Source: Lytechinus pictus (lineage: Eukaryota). From it: DNA of 64,000 bases. Every line of letters begins with the position of its first letter. The stretch's first letter is position 1. A program made the translations under genes and the position numbers. The stretch lies in assembly GCF_037042905.1 (NCBI RefSeq), contig NC_087256.1, positions 12,648,001 through 12,712,000 of the forward strand. The letters are read 5' to 3'. Under the pieces are notes generated by a model. It was not told the DNA's origin and did not search any database. It worked only from the letters and a program-made list of their open reading frames with translations. Below, one piece after another: positions 53,824 through 64,000 of this stretch.

Positions 53824-54644
53824 TAGACCAAAAGCTTCAGTCTCTGTATTTTGGTTGTTCCGCTGAACTACGTTGGCTCCACTCACCAATACATAGACTG
53901 AAGAGCTTGGAGCCAACGTATTAAGTGAACTAACGTTTTATAGGTCGCGATTTAAAACTGTTTTTAAGCAAAATTTACAGTTTCATGGTTTCAATTATCA
54001 GGGAAATATAAATAACTTCAGTAATTGCGTACCTTGGACAGAAGTTATTGAAAAAAATCCTCTGGATGATTGAGAAATCTTTCATCTAAGACATTTTCAC
54101 CTGAGCTGAGGGTTTTTCTTGCAAGTTGCCATCTTGAATGACGTCATTATTGTTATTAACTTTTTAATGTCTCGATATATCGAATGTAGTCTGCTACCTG
54201 TGATGGTAGCGGTGTTTCGGTACGCTCGCGTATGGAGCAGATCGTATAATATCGAAAGCAATATCGATATCATATTCGTGATTGTTGACGCCCTCTCCGT
54301 TCGTTTGTAAATATTTCATAGTTTGGCTGCCATTTTGACCATTTTTATCGTGTTCAACCCAATTAAACATCGGTAAAGTATAATTTTCATGCCTTTTCAT
54401 CTATATTGTTTAAAGTATTTTGATAATGGAGTATCAAGTTTTAAAAGTTTGTTGGTTATACATCCTTAGATTGTAAATTCGATGTGTAAAATTACATCAA
54501 ACTTTGGACTGTGAATTGACAAAAGGGAGGGAATGAGAACACATGCGAGCCCACACGTACACCCTACCGTCGGTAAATGGGGATCACAGTAAAATGTCAG
54601 AAATTGTTGAATAAATCCCCAGAAACGACGGTTATTCCTGTCTA
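53824..54644 (-). mobile_element. Academ(H) internal-deletion derivative, copy B
   Basis: TSD GTACGTAAC on both sides; 53824-54150 is the reverse complement of 59070-59406, and 54190-54644 is the reverse complement of 55411-55860. Confidence 0.85.
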
Positions 54645-54946
54645 GTACGTAACGTGCCCTATCTTGAATTTTGAAAAAGACATCCTTTTTACGTGTTTTT
54701 TTGGTCGCGCATGGTATCCACTCGTCAATGTAAGTGGCCCCCCCGGGCAGTAGAAATACTTTTACTCTCCAGAAGCCTCCAGTCCAGGCTAAACTGAAGT
54801 AGAAATAGATTCTGCTCCGCGCGCTTGACGAGACGGCCGCGCCTAGTCTTGAGGACTCCATGATGATGTCTTTTAAAACAAATTTGACATATACTTCTCC
54901 ATCATGGAGTCTTGAATCCCTTCCCATACATGCATAAGAGAATCTT

Positions 54947-55033
54947 GTAAACACAGAGAGAAATAGTGCGCATGCGTAGCTTATTGTGCAGCACAATAAG
55001 CTACGCATGCGCACTATTTTTCTCTGTGTTTAC
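54947..55033. repeat. 87-bp near-perfect palindrome
   Basis: 43-bp arms with one mismatch and a 1-nt loop at 54990. Confidence 0.9.
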
Positions 55034-55909
55034 CTACGTACATGTACGTCATACATAAGCGGTTCAAGGGTCGTCGCCATTGTATTTGCGCTGTGTACAT
55101 GTGGAGCGAAGGATCTACACGACATCGGTCTGGTAAGAAACCTTTATTTTTACGTAGGATTTTTATTCAATATTTTTTAAAACATTCTTATTCTTAATCT
55201 TATGCATTAGGCGAAGGAAGGTGTAGAGAATAATAAAATCCTGCTAATTTTCGTGATTTTTAATAAAAAAGATGGATTTCCTGGGGAAATCCATCTGTAT
55301 TTACAAGATTCTCTTATGCATGTATGGGAAGGGATTCAAGACTCCATGATGGAGAAGTAGAGTCCTCAACTCTCAAGACTAGGCCGCGCCGCCGCCCGCT
55401 CGGAGAGGCCTAGACAGGAATAACCGTCGTTTCTGGGGATTTATTCAACAATTTCTGACATTTTACTGTAATCCCCATTAACCGACGGTAGGGTATACGT
55501 GTGGGCTCGCATGTTTTCTCATTCCCACCCTTTTGTCAATTCACAGTCCAAAGTTTGATGTAATTTTACACATCGAATTTACAATCTAAGGATGTATAGC
55601 CATCAAACTTTTAAACCATGATATTTAGTGAAGGCAATATTTTAAACGATATAGATTAAAAGGCATGAAAAATTATACTTTACCGATGTTTAATTGGGTT
55701 GAACACGATCAAAATAGTCAATATGGCAGCCAAACTGTGAAATATTTACAAACGAACGGAGAGGGCGTCAACAATCACGAATGTGATATCGATATTGCTT
55801 TCGATATTATACGATCTGCTCCTTATGCGAGCGAAACCGCTACGATCACAAGTAGCAGACGACAATCAAACGATCACTTTAGTTCAAGCAGCATAAACGA
55901 AAGGCCTGC

Positions 55910-56077
55910 ATGATGGATGCTGTAGCCAAGGGGATATTCGGGGAACACTTCACTCTCAAGCCTGACCAGCGGGAAGCGCTACAGTGTTTGGAGGACGGGA
56001 GAGACCTGTGGGTCCAGCTCCCCACTGGACATGGAAAGTCGGCGATTTTCACCGTCTTTCCGATATGGAAATCAAAG
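55910..56077 (+). pseudogene. RecQ-like SF2 helicase N-terminal fragment (transposon-borne)
   Basis: FTLKPDQREAL...GRDLWVQLPTGHGKS corresponds to the Q-motif plus Walker A; probable AAG|GT donor; no downstream helicase motifs found. Confidence 0.78.
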
Positions 56078-57638
56078 GTTATTAATTTTTTAATAGGCCT
56101 ACTTTATTATAAAATATTGGGAAAATGATAACTACCGTAGTATTAACTTTGACATTCAAAATGCAGCTTTCATCGTTTAGACCCAGATCTAGGTTTGTGG
56201 ATCACTTAAATTCAAGCAGTATAAACATATGGCCTATTTATACTACATAATCGTTTCAATTGAATATCAAATGGCACTAAAACACTTATATGATGCTATA
56301 TCTGCATACTAGTCTAACACTGAACATAAAATGAGTGAAAAAATGATTTTAACAGAAAATATTTTTATAGGTTAGAAGTTCCCATAGACCACTACTCCAA
56401 CTGACCAGACATACAGTCCCAGTTAAATCAAATACACAATTTATTACGTTTATTTACACCTTATTCTTTCTATTCTTCTTTCATTTTACACTATTTATTT
56501 TGTGTTGGGCTATTCTGATGACTGGCCACATTGAATGCATTTGTTTATTTCAATGTTTTTAAATCTTTTCTATGTGAACACTGACTGAAATTAAGTATAA
56601 CGTCGATTATTGCAATCCACACAGTCAAGTCCTGGATCTTCTCGTATAGGCCTATACGTTCAAATCGCTGTACAGAGTTGCTATGATTGTCGTCTCAGGG
56701 GGATATGAGTCAATTTTGAAAAGACATTTCCAACATCTTTATACCTATCATATTTAAATGTCTGATTAAGAAACCTTCAAACACCCCCCCCCAAAAAAAA
56801 AAAGGGGGAACAAACTCTAAGAAATGATGTTAAAATTCTGCAATAGCTATCTATTCAAAGTGTTATTTGAGGGCTCCAATTATAGGCTTTATCATCGAAC
56901 CATTCAAATTTGAAGGAAAGGGGAGTGTCTCCTTTGCGTCGCTATTATCACCACAATAGAGGCTATACTGCTTGTTTAAGACGACTCGTAATATTAGATC
57001 CATATTGACCTTTATACTCTCATGTAGGACCTTTAGGTCTAACTATTCTAAAAACGCAAAACTTTAAAGACAATCAGACCAATTAATGCTACACAGAGTG
57101 AACGCCAATTCAGATCCACCCAATCGGCTGGCAAGAAAAAAAAGGAGAGAAAGAGAAAGGAAGAAAGAAAGTGGGGTTAAAGAAGAATTATTGTCGACCT
57201 ATGTTATAATGATAATAATAATGGATGTGTAATGCGCCAAATCCACTCGGCAGGGTGCCCGAGGCGCAGTGAAAGAAAGAAAAACACAGAGAGAAAAATA
57301 CAAAGTATGTTATAATATATGAAATTATATTACGTGTATTTTTATTTCAGAACTATTTATGAAACATAATTTGCTTAAATGTTAGTCCCTACTGGTGCTT
57401 GCGTTGTCTGTTTGATGAGATAAATAATCCTGTTTAAGGAGATTAAATGGTTCTAAATCATCCCGTTTCCAAGTCCATAAATATACACCAAATATATTTC
57501 CTTGTATTCGGATTTTTCAAAATTATTGTATGTAGTGACATTGATTTTTTTTAATGACTACTACATTTGCCGCATTTAAGGTCTAAATATAAAACATTTC
57601 CAGTCCGTGCTTACGTTGACATTAGTGCATTGGCCATA

Positions 57639-58070
57639 CAGTGGCGTACCGTGTGTCACGGCATGGGGGGACCAGCAAAAAAAAAATGAGTATACTAATA
57701 GAGGCATTTTAAGGGCAGTGCCATTAAACGGATATGTATATTACTGATAAAAAATAATGCGAGCGCCAAGCGCGAGCTGAAAATCTTTGATATTCAGACC
57801 TAAAAAGGGACACAAGCATTTTTTTGTAATTATGATACGTGCCCGTCTCGCTAAACAATGCAAAACTGCTGAAATGTTTGTATTTATTGACCCCAAACAG
57901 GGACATTTTAAGGACAATAGGCCTATTTTAGGAATCCATATCCATGTACATATCTCAAAAGCTACGTTTCTCTTCCCTTCTCCCTCTTTTTCTCCTTTTC
58001 CCGTTTTTTAAATATTTTTGCCAGCCGAGGGGGGGGGGGTGCCCCCATGTCCCCCGTAGTCACTCCACTG
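57639..58070 (+). mobile_element. hAT-like CAGTGGCGTA...CCACTG element nested in copy D
   Basis: Termini and GCGAGCGC..AGCGCGAGC subterminal motifs; a related copy starts at ~61760. Confidence 0.6.
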
Positions 58071-58510
58071 ATTGGTGAGATATGTCTACTCTTCATGACA
58101 CGAGCGTAAATCCAGAGGGGGGTGGGGGTATGCATCCCCTCCCCCCACACTTTTCAACACAGAAAAAAAATATTCTTTAATTATCAAATGGTCAATAACT
58201 TTTAGTATGTGGATTTATCTTTAAATGCAGTCAAGGTGCTTAAATTGGCCAATTTTTTCCATTTTAAAGATGAAAAATTTCTCACTCGGCCGCTCTGCCC
58301 CGCGCTTAATCTAATTTGGCCTTGACAATCACTACGTTTAGCTTATTGCAGAGGTTAATTTATATCCACTGCGTAATGGGAATATGTTTATAATAATTCA
58401 ATTTTTTAATATAAGATTCCAATGACTTTTAAATATGATGATAACTATGGACCTTAAACGAATCAAACATCCTTTAAATATACACTTTCGTGAATATGGG
58501 GGAGGGGCTG

Positions 58511-58897
58511 TCATAACTTGGAATCTCTGTGGAAGCGCAGGAATTTTTCACCAAAATATAGGCTCAGTCTTCTTCGTTTCTTCCGAAGAAATGGCGAAGC
58601 ATAGCTGGTCACTTTCACTTTCCTCCCCAGGTAAACATTGATTCTACTAATTTTCTTTAATTTGGATTTATTTTCAATTACATTTGAATTGCATTCAGAT
58701 AATTTTGAAATTATTCTGCAACATCTGTCGCAAATGAATTTTTTTGATTTTTGATCTGGTGTCACTTTAATTCCCAATGATTCGACAGCGTCAGCAGTGG
58801 TGTAATCACGGTGATCCAATTTTGCATTCAAAGATCTTCTTTTATTAGGATGATTATTCAAATTACGGTCACAATTACAACACCAGTAGTCAGCCAT
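58511..58897 (-). pseudogene. ZAD-like (CxxC...CxxC) zinc-finger ORF, probable N-terminus of the transposon's second gene
   Basis: CCNC...ICDRC followed by a helical, basic tail with RKKRRR; ATG ~500 bp inside the right terminus; truncated. Confidence 0.55.
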
Positions 58898-60169
58898 AAT
58901 TACTAAAATGAATTAATGAATCAAATAAAATTACCACCAGCAATCAGCACACCTAACGTTATACATGGCAATATACGAATAAAATAATACGATACGATAC
59001 ACTACACGAAGATAAACGATACTAGTTATAATCGCGATAAATCGAGACATGAAAAAGTTAATAACGATAATGACGTCATTCAAGATGGCAACTTGCAAGA
59101 AAAACCGTCAGGTCAGGTGAAAATGTCTTAGATGACAGATTTCTCAATCATCCAGAGGATTTTTTTCAATAACTCCGGCCCAAGGTATGCAATTAGCTTA
59201 AGTTATCTATATTACACTGATAATGGAAACCATGAAAATGTCAATTTTGCCTTAAAAAAGTTTTAAATCGCGATCTATAAAACGCTAGTTCACTATACGT
59301 TGGCTGTAGGTAGGGGCCCCCTCCGCTTCAGTCTATGTATGGTGAGTGAGCCAACGCAGTTCAGCGGAACAACCAAAATACAGAGACTGAAGCTTTTGTT
59401 GGTCTAGGAGAGGCCCTGCTCCTGACCTGTGCTGAGCTGAATTTCGTTACGGTACCTTACCCGCCGCAGCTCAGCCACACCCGAGACGCCCGGCTCGAAA
59501 TAGACCGTCCACTTACCTGAAAATTAAATGATTTTGTATCGCTCTGACCGGTGTTCACGAGGAGATCATTCACAAATTCTGCAAAATTGGTGTAGAAGAT
59601 CTAGATAGGTTGTAATAACTCACAAACTAAAAAACCAGACGAGAGTTATTCGAGTCTCAAAAAAGGCAAAGACGTCCGAGGTTTTTTAAACACGCCGCGT
59701 CAATGAAAATAACAACAGCTGAAGTCGAATTCTGATTGGTGCATAGCGGTGCATGAAATTGGAACCAATAGTTTAGTGCACGGTGTATGGTATCCTCGAG
59801 ATTGTGACGGGAAAAAAAATAAACACGCAAGCAAAAATAATATGAGGATGACTTTTAACAATTGAATGTGCAGATCAGCAGAATGATTATAACAACGATA
59901 CGATAATGACATAATAAGCTGAAAATAGTAGAAATAACAGTAATAATAAAGAAGAAACTAAAATATGAATTCTAACAAAACCTTAAAACATGCCTTGCCT
60001 CATTGCCTGAAATTCGAGAAGAACAATAAAAAAACTAACATATAAAAATGCATATTTAAGTTATTAAAAGAGTAATTTATCGAGATGAATTTTTTTTAAC
60101 AAGTGCGCACCTAGTTACCATGCAATAATGCATATAGCATTTCCATTTATTTGAAAGCAAGATAAAAGA

Positions 60170-60283
60170 GCTTCAAGTAGATTAAATGCCTTGCTCACGG
60201 GCAGTAGGTGCCGCGGCCGGGGATCGAACCCCGGACTTTCCATGTGTAGGCAGGCGCCTCAGACCACTCGGCCACGGAACCCC
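60170..60283 (-). mobile_element. tRNA-derived SINE head
   Basis: A box TGGCCGAGTGG and B box GGTTCGATCC, followed by SINE core-like GCCCGTGAGCAAGGCATTTAA. Confidence 0.75.
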
Positions 60284-60871
60284 TAAATGAATGAATGAAT
60301 TGATGTTGATTTGAATAAATAGAGAAAAATCAAACTAGCATAACACTTAAAATTTCATCAAAATTGGATGTAAAATAAGAAAGTTATGGCATTTTAAAGT
60401 TTCGCTTATTTTTCACAAAACATCAGTGATATGCACAACTCAGTGACATGCGAATGAGTTAGTCGATGATGTCCATCACTCACTATTTCTTTTGTTTTTT
60501 AATGTTTGAACTATACAATATTTCATTTTTTAAAGATTTGACCATGATAGGGACCGACCTGACTGAATAATATATTATTAAACAAATTCCACATGTTCAC
60601 GGAGGAATTAATCATTGTTTCACTGGACAATGAGGAGAAAATTAGAATGTTTCATATTTCATATAATAAAATACAAAAGAATATAGTAAGTGGATGACGT
60701 CATCAGTCCCCTCATTTGCATACCAAATAGGATGTGCATATAACTGTTTTGTGAAATTAAGCGAAACTTAAAATTGTCATAACTTTCTTATTTTAAATCC
60801 AATTTTGATGAAATTTTCAGTGTTATGCTTGTTGGATTTTCTCTTTTTATTCAAATTTGATGGGGTGGACT

Positions 60872-61240
60872 TAAATGGAGGCCCCGTGTAGAGGAGAGTC
60901 ACCACCTTTGCACGTTAAAAACCCACTGCACTATTGGTATAAGAGTAGGGGAAAATCTAGCCTCTTGTCGAGGCCCTGTCGGCTGCTTTCCGAGCGAACA
61001 TGGCGAAGCAAGGGATAAGGCCTAATTCGCTTCGCTTCGCGAATTAGGAAATCCCTCGCTTCGCTCGGGGAGCAGCCGCCAGGGCCTCGACAAGAGGCTC
61101 TAGGGGAAATCCCGGTGTAGTGGCCCACCTGCACTAATCAGATATCGAGAGGAGAGCATCTTCTGTCTCCATGCCATCAATGTCTGCGCACTTCCTGCCC
61201 GGTTGGGCGTTGGGCAGTATACCCAAAGAACAAGAACAGA
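60872..61240 (+). mobile_element. SINE central/3' fragment (Deu/Nin-like domain) interrupted by an Academ MITE
   Basis: GCACGTTAAAAACCCACTGCAC...AAGAGTAGGGG core; ends in a short AAGAAC repeat. Confidence 0.5.
60958..61102. mobile_element. Academ-type MITE (copy E)
   Basis: TAGCCTCTTGTCGAGGCCCTG ... CAGGGCCTCGACAAGAGGCT(C)TA; TSD GGGGAAA(A)TC. Confidence 0.75.
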
Positions 61241-62284
61241 TCATTGATCTCCGCTTGATCGGATTTCTCGAGAAATTCTTGTTGGGCATTGTCATCATTT
61301 ATGTTTGGTGGGCATTATGATCTATTATTTGGAATTAGTACTCCATATTCAGTGTCAATACGCGTTTTTTGGGGTCACGCATGTGTACAGCAGTTGACTG
61401 CCCCCCTGGGCAAACATATAACACTTAAAATTTCATCAAATCGGATGTAAAATAAGTAAGTTATGACATTCAAAACTTTCGCTTGGCACAAAATAGTTAT
61501 ATGTAAATGAGGCCCGGAAATGAGGGGACTGATGACATCACGGTCCACTCACTTTAATTATTTTTTTTGTATTTCAATAGGGCCTATATGAAATGTATAA
61601 TATTATTCTCATCATCCGTTGCGAAACAATGTTTAATCCTCTCGTTAACATTAATTGTGGTTCAGTCAAGTTGGTCCTTATTGTCAAATCTGTAAAAAAA
61701 AATTGATTGAAATATTGTACAATAAACAATATAAAAATAAAAGAAATGGTGAGCGAGGGCAGTGGCGTACCGTGGGTCACGACATTGGGGGGGGGGGCAC
61801 CAGCAAACAAAATGGCTAGGTATACTGACCTAGGACATTTTAAGGACAGTGCCATTAAATGGATATGTATGTCACTGATCAAATAATGCGAGCGCGAAGC
61901 GCGAGCTGAAATTTTTTGATATTCAGACCTAATAAGGGACATAAAAAAACAAATTTTTGTAATCATGATACGTACCTGTCTCGCTAAACAAACAATGCGA
62001 GCGCGAAGCATGGGCCGAAATTTTTGTATATATTGACACCAAACAGGGATATTCTAAGGATTATCTTTTTAAGGAATCCATTAAGAGGATATATATCTCA
62101 CCATAGTCATCTATTGCGAGTGCCAATCGCCTGCTGATTTGTTAGAATTACATTTAAACACACGAAGCACTTTTTGTAGTCATTGTAATCATGATTATCA
62201 TACGCATCCCACTTATCAAATATTGCGAGCGCGAAGACCGAACTGAATATTTAGGAAATGCAGACCTGAGGAGGTGCATTCTAA

Positions 62285-63741
62285 AGCCCCAGTCACATAT
62301 AGACCCCGGACCACCCCGGACCATCCCGGATCTGATCCGGGGTGGTCCGGGGAGAGATCCGTGTTGGCGCCTTGGGCATCCTTGGAGGTCCGGGGTGGTC
62401 CGTGTTGGTCCTTGAACGTCCGGGAGGCCAACACGGCAGTTTTTGACTGTCAAAAACATCCGGCGTCATCCGTGGACTGCCGGGTTGGCAAAGCCATCCG
62501 GGATGGTCCGTGTAGCTGCCGTGTAGGTCCGTGTGGCTGCCGTGTAGGTCCGTGTAGCTGCCGTGTAAGTCCGTGTGGCTGCCTGGAGTATCCTTGGCAG
62601 TCCGTGTTCTTTTTTCCCATCAAATATTTACAACGCTATTTACTTTATGAACTTCAGTAGTTGTTAAACAGTTGACACAAACATGCTCAATTTATTTATG
62701 ATTAAATGGATGATTAAATGATTCAGGATATTTTCTTACGCTTTGGATATTGGCCCCAACCTAATATTTGTAAACTTAGTGCATGTATGAATATTTTTTT
62801 TTCTCTCTTTTTTTTCTAATATTTACCCCAACTTTGTCTGTTATTATTATTTCACATTTCATTTTTTTAAAATATGTTATATGTATATAATTTATGTAAT
62901 GTACCTGTTACATCGAAATTGTACATTAAGTGTTATACTACTGCCCTGCATCGACAGTTATGCGTCATGACCTGGGCCTATCTTAATTTTTATTATGTTT
63001 TCTATTGACTTTGTAAATTTCTTTCCTTTATTGTGATTTCAATAAAGTGATATCAAATCAAATCGAAATTAAATTTGTCGTTCAAGATTTAAAGTACTTA
63101 ACAACTACTTTTAAAACAGTAAACTGTGTTGTATAAAAAAAACAGCGTTTTTACTGGTTACGGAAGTTTTGAGTTTTGATATATTTTTAAAAAACAACAT
63201 AATATAATGTTGCGACAAGGATGAGAAAAAAATAAATAAATAGATAAATAAATAAATAAAAAATTAAATAAATAAATATCAGCTCATTATTATGAACAGA
63301 TTTTCATTTGCCGTGCTGGTCAATATAGCTGCCGTGTTTGTCCTTGAGCTGACGTGTTGGTCCGTGTAGCTGACGTGTTGGTCCGTGTAGCTGACGTGAT
63401 GGTCCGTGTTGCTGACGCGTTGGTCCGTGTTGGTCCTTGTAGCTGACGTGTTGGTCCGTGTTGCTGACGTGTTGGTCCGTGTAGCTGACGTGATGGTCCG
63501 TGTTGCTGACGTGTTGGTCCGTGTTGCTGACGTGTTGGTCCGTGTAGCTGACGTGTAGGTCCGTGTTGCTGACGTGTCGGTCCGTGTTGACGACGTGCTC
63601 TGCCGGCATGGTCCGTGTAGATCCGTGTGAAGCTGCCGTGTTGATGCCGTGTTTACAGTCATCCGGGGCAAAGCTATCCCGGACCTCCCCGGATCATGCC
63701 GGCATTGCCGTGTTGATCCGTGTCTATATGTGACTGGGGCT
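62285..63741. mobile_element. PIF/Harbinger non-autonomous element with 21-bp internal minisatellites
   Basis: TAA|AGCCCCAGTCACATATAGAC ... GTCTATATGTGACTGGGGCT|TAA. Confidence 0.85.
63345..63625. repeat. 21-bp tandem repeat GGTCCGTGT(A/T)GCTGACGTGTT
   Basis: About 12 copies; a shorter related array lies at 62504-62585. Confidence 0.9.
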
Positions 63742-64000
63742 TAAGGCTTGTTTGTAGGAATTTACTTATACCATACGTATTTCACTAACCGAATGATGCG
63801 AGCGCGAAGCCCGAGCTGAAACTTTTGATATTCAGATAAGGGACCTTTTAAGACCTTAAAATGGGGCAATTAATTTAAAAGGATGGTCCAGGCTGGAGAT
63901 ATTTATAACTCATATAATAGAGTAAATTCACAAAATGCTGAAAATTTGATCAAAATTTGATTACAAATAACAAAGTTGTTGAATTTCAAAGATTCGCAAT

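Larger units (their letters stand above)
51741..54747. mobile_element. CCCGGGGGGGCCACTT-TIR element with 8-bp TSD, host of two Academ copies
   Basis: TSD CAGTAGAA (51733-51740, 54748-54755); ~45-bp TIR including GAGTGGATACCATGCGCGACCA. Confidence 0.85.
55411..59406 (+). mobile_element. AcademH-type DNA transposon, degraded or internally deleted (copy D)
   Basis: 9-bp TSD GGAGAGGCC (55402-55410, 59407-59415); TAGACA...GGTCTA termini; RecQ-like helicase fragment on + and ZAD-like ORF on -. Confidence 0.8.

Noticed and set aside
54466-55014. 182-aa minus-strand ORF
   Set aside because: Crosses the junctions of three different repeats and shows no recognisable domain.
55910-56128. Host RecQ/WRN/BLM gene
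   Set aside because: Only the first motifs are present, and they lie inside a TSD-bounded transposon.
53824-59406. Single 5.6-kb element with ~330-bp TIRs
   Set aside because: The TSDs show two separate, oppositely oriented family members (B with GTACGTAAC, D with GGAGAGGCC).
60205-60283. tRNA gene
   Set aside because: A and B boxes are present, but the acceptor and anticodon stems pair poorly and the sequence runs into a SINE core, so it is called a SINE.
63279-63671. Repetitive ORFs (TNTSATR / TDQHVSN repeats)
   Set aside because: By-product of a stop-free 21-bp tandem repeat inside a Harbinger MITE.

Overview
Animal genomic DNA, AT-rich with spliceosomal GT-AG introns. The repeat families suggest an invertebrate deuterostome, probably a sea urchin (inference). 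Two protein-coding genes lie tail-to-tail. (1) On + is the 3' part of a KDM3/JMJD1C-type H3K9 demethylase: 20 phase-consistent coding exons from 2809 to 31900, about 2,556 aa in the window, with earlier exons upstream of the window. It has a C6 zinc finger, an LxxLL motif and an intact JmjC HxD..H triad. (2) On - is a securin/PTTG-like gene: 5 coding exons from 46151 down to 41314, 240 aa, with a probable non-coding first exon near 49.5-49.65 kb. The region from 34.9 to 64 kb is dense in DNA transposons. The most striking structure is a cluster of five TAG...(C)TA elements with 9-bp TSDs, matching the Academ/AcademH type. The largest (55411-59406) keeps a RecQ-like helicase N-terminus and a convergent ZAD-like zinc-finger ORF. 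Two copies sit in tandem on a 9-bp target that is present three times. All four target sites have some dyad symmetry, and several right junctions carry stuttered TSD fragments. Protein-level oddities are a Tondu/Vestigial-like VxxHFxxSL motif plus a PxDL motif in KDM3, and a securin with TEN in place of KEN, two D-boxes, an ABBA-like motif and Lys at the pseudosubstrate P1 position. All family assignments come from motif recognition, not database searches.
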